Shown here in pieces: positions 62,932-64,000 of a stretch of DNA of 64,000 bases. Source of the DNA: Octopus vulgaris (Eukaryota). The stretch spans positions 153,822,001 to 153,886,000 of the forward strand of contig OX597814.1 of assembly GCA_951406725.2 (NCBI GenBank). The letters are read 5' to 3'. The notes under the pieces were generated by a model. It did no database searches and was not told where the DNA came from. It saw nothing but the letters and a program-made list of their open reading frames with translations. How positions within the stretch are numbered: position 1 is the stretch's first letter; each line of letters begins with the position of its first letter. The position numbers and the translations under genes were made by a program.

Positions 62932-63056
62932 AGACCCTGATGAGATTCTGTCCCATATTGTTGAAAATGATGACTAATTCTTAGTATATGACCCTACCCA
63001 AATGCTTATAATTACTAATCACTTAGGGGAATGAATGGAAACATATATGTAGGTTT
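62932..63056 (+). ncRNA. Hammerhead ribozyme-like motif (minimal type I) with long stem II insert
   Basis: agacc-CTGATGA-gattctgtccc...(~70 nt)...gggaatgaatg-GAAAC-atatat-GTA-ggttt; the first stem II pair is a G/G mismatch. Confidence 0.5.
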
Positions 63057-63409
63057 TTGGCATCTGCCATTTCTTTTAGAGCTTTATAATTTCAAATTTT
63101 TTTGTATTGTTTTCATAAAAAAACTTTCAACCTCATTATATCTTACAAATAAATTATTTAAACATCCATAATTCTAAATTTCCTTCATTTCATTTTTATT
63201 AATATGTATTACTATAATAATCCCCGACATATTGCTGAGACTTTCTCCTTGTATGATAGTGATTAACCAGTGAAATTTTTGGATTATTTAATCCCTAATG
63301 AGGACATGACATCCTCGAATTGACTGACTATATATATATATAAGATTTTTGGCATAATGAAATAAAAATCCAAGGCTGTGAAGATATTAGAACATTTATA
63401 GGTAGAAGG

Positions 63410-63459
63410 TCTTACAGCTGTTTCCAGGATATTTATTAATTATATCTCTTCATCAGAGA
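63410..63459 (-). ncRNA. Hammerhead ribozyme-like motif (minimal type I, Penelope-like)
   Basis: tct-CTGATGA-agagatat-aattaataa-atatcctg-GAAAC-agct-GTA-aga, with palindromic loop III. Confidence 0.6.
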
Positions 63460-63674
63460 TGGTGTGAGAGGATGGTTAAGTAATAATTAATTTAGATGGG
63501 ATACAAAATAGAGAGTGAGGTGGAGGAAAGAAAATAGATGTGAGATATGTAGGGATATATATATATGTAGTCAATTCAAGTAAATGAATAATAAAATTAA
63601 CAATAACAGACAACCAAAGAAGGACATGCACAAGGAGCGTATTAGTTTGATGCTCTCAGTAAAAGGTGAGAGTT

Positions 63675-63707
63675 TTTGATGTTTCAAGCATAGCTCTTCA
63701 TTGGAAA
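63675..63707 (-). ncRNA. Degenerate minimal hammerhead motif
   Basis: ttt-CCAATGA-agagc-tat-gctt-GAAAC-atc-aaa; core mutated, probably inactive. Confidence 0.45.
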
Positions 63708-64000
63708 GGAGAAAGAGAAAAATCCAAAGAAAGGAAAGAAATCGCCAACAGCCCATATGTAGATACATTGCTGAAATAGGTTGGTTGAGAGAAAAAGAGA
63801 AAACAAGAAAAAGAAAGCCAGAGAGTGAAAGAGAAATGGAAAGAGAAAAAAATTAATTTAGTGATGATATTGTATAGCATACTTTCTTTTAATGAAATAT
63901 AAATTCAGGACCATAAATGCAAAGATCAAAAAACTATCATCAAATTTCTAAGTCTGAAATTGTTAGTTAATAAAAGAAAACCAAAACTCTACAAATAAAC

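Overview
AT-rich, microsatellite-dense eukaryotic DNA with no convincing host protein-coding exon; it reads as intronic or intergenic. The repeat content (tRNA-derived SINEs, RTE LINEs, long (TA)n/(CA)n/(ATT)n tracts) is most consistent with an octopus or other coleoid cephalopod genome, which is an inference. All recognisable coding sequence is transposon-derived. It comprises several RTE LINE copies (two carry a C4HC3 PHD-type finger inside the RT region, two are 5'-inverted), an R4/Dong-type RLE fragment in a (TAA)n tract, I-group LINE fragments, DD37D and DD41D Tc1/mariner derivatives, hAT and piggyBac-like MITEs, a HINE-like element and Penelope-like pLTR remnants. The most unusual signals are: Penelope-type hammerhead ribozyme-like motifs with long inserts in stem II; a putative compact pseudoknot module amplified into tandem arrays in RTE 3' UTRs; a non-coding (TAA)n-targeted element; fold-back DD41D MITEs; and a circularly permuted local duplication resembling re-integrated microDNA. 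Coordinates were read by eye, and boundaries of degenerate repeats are approximate.
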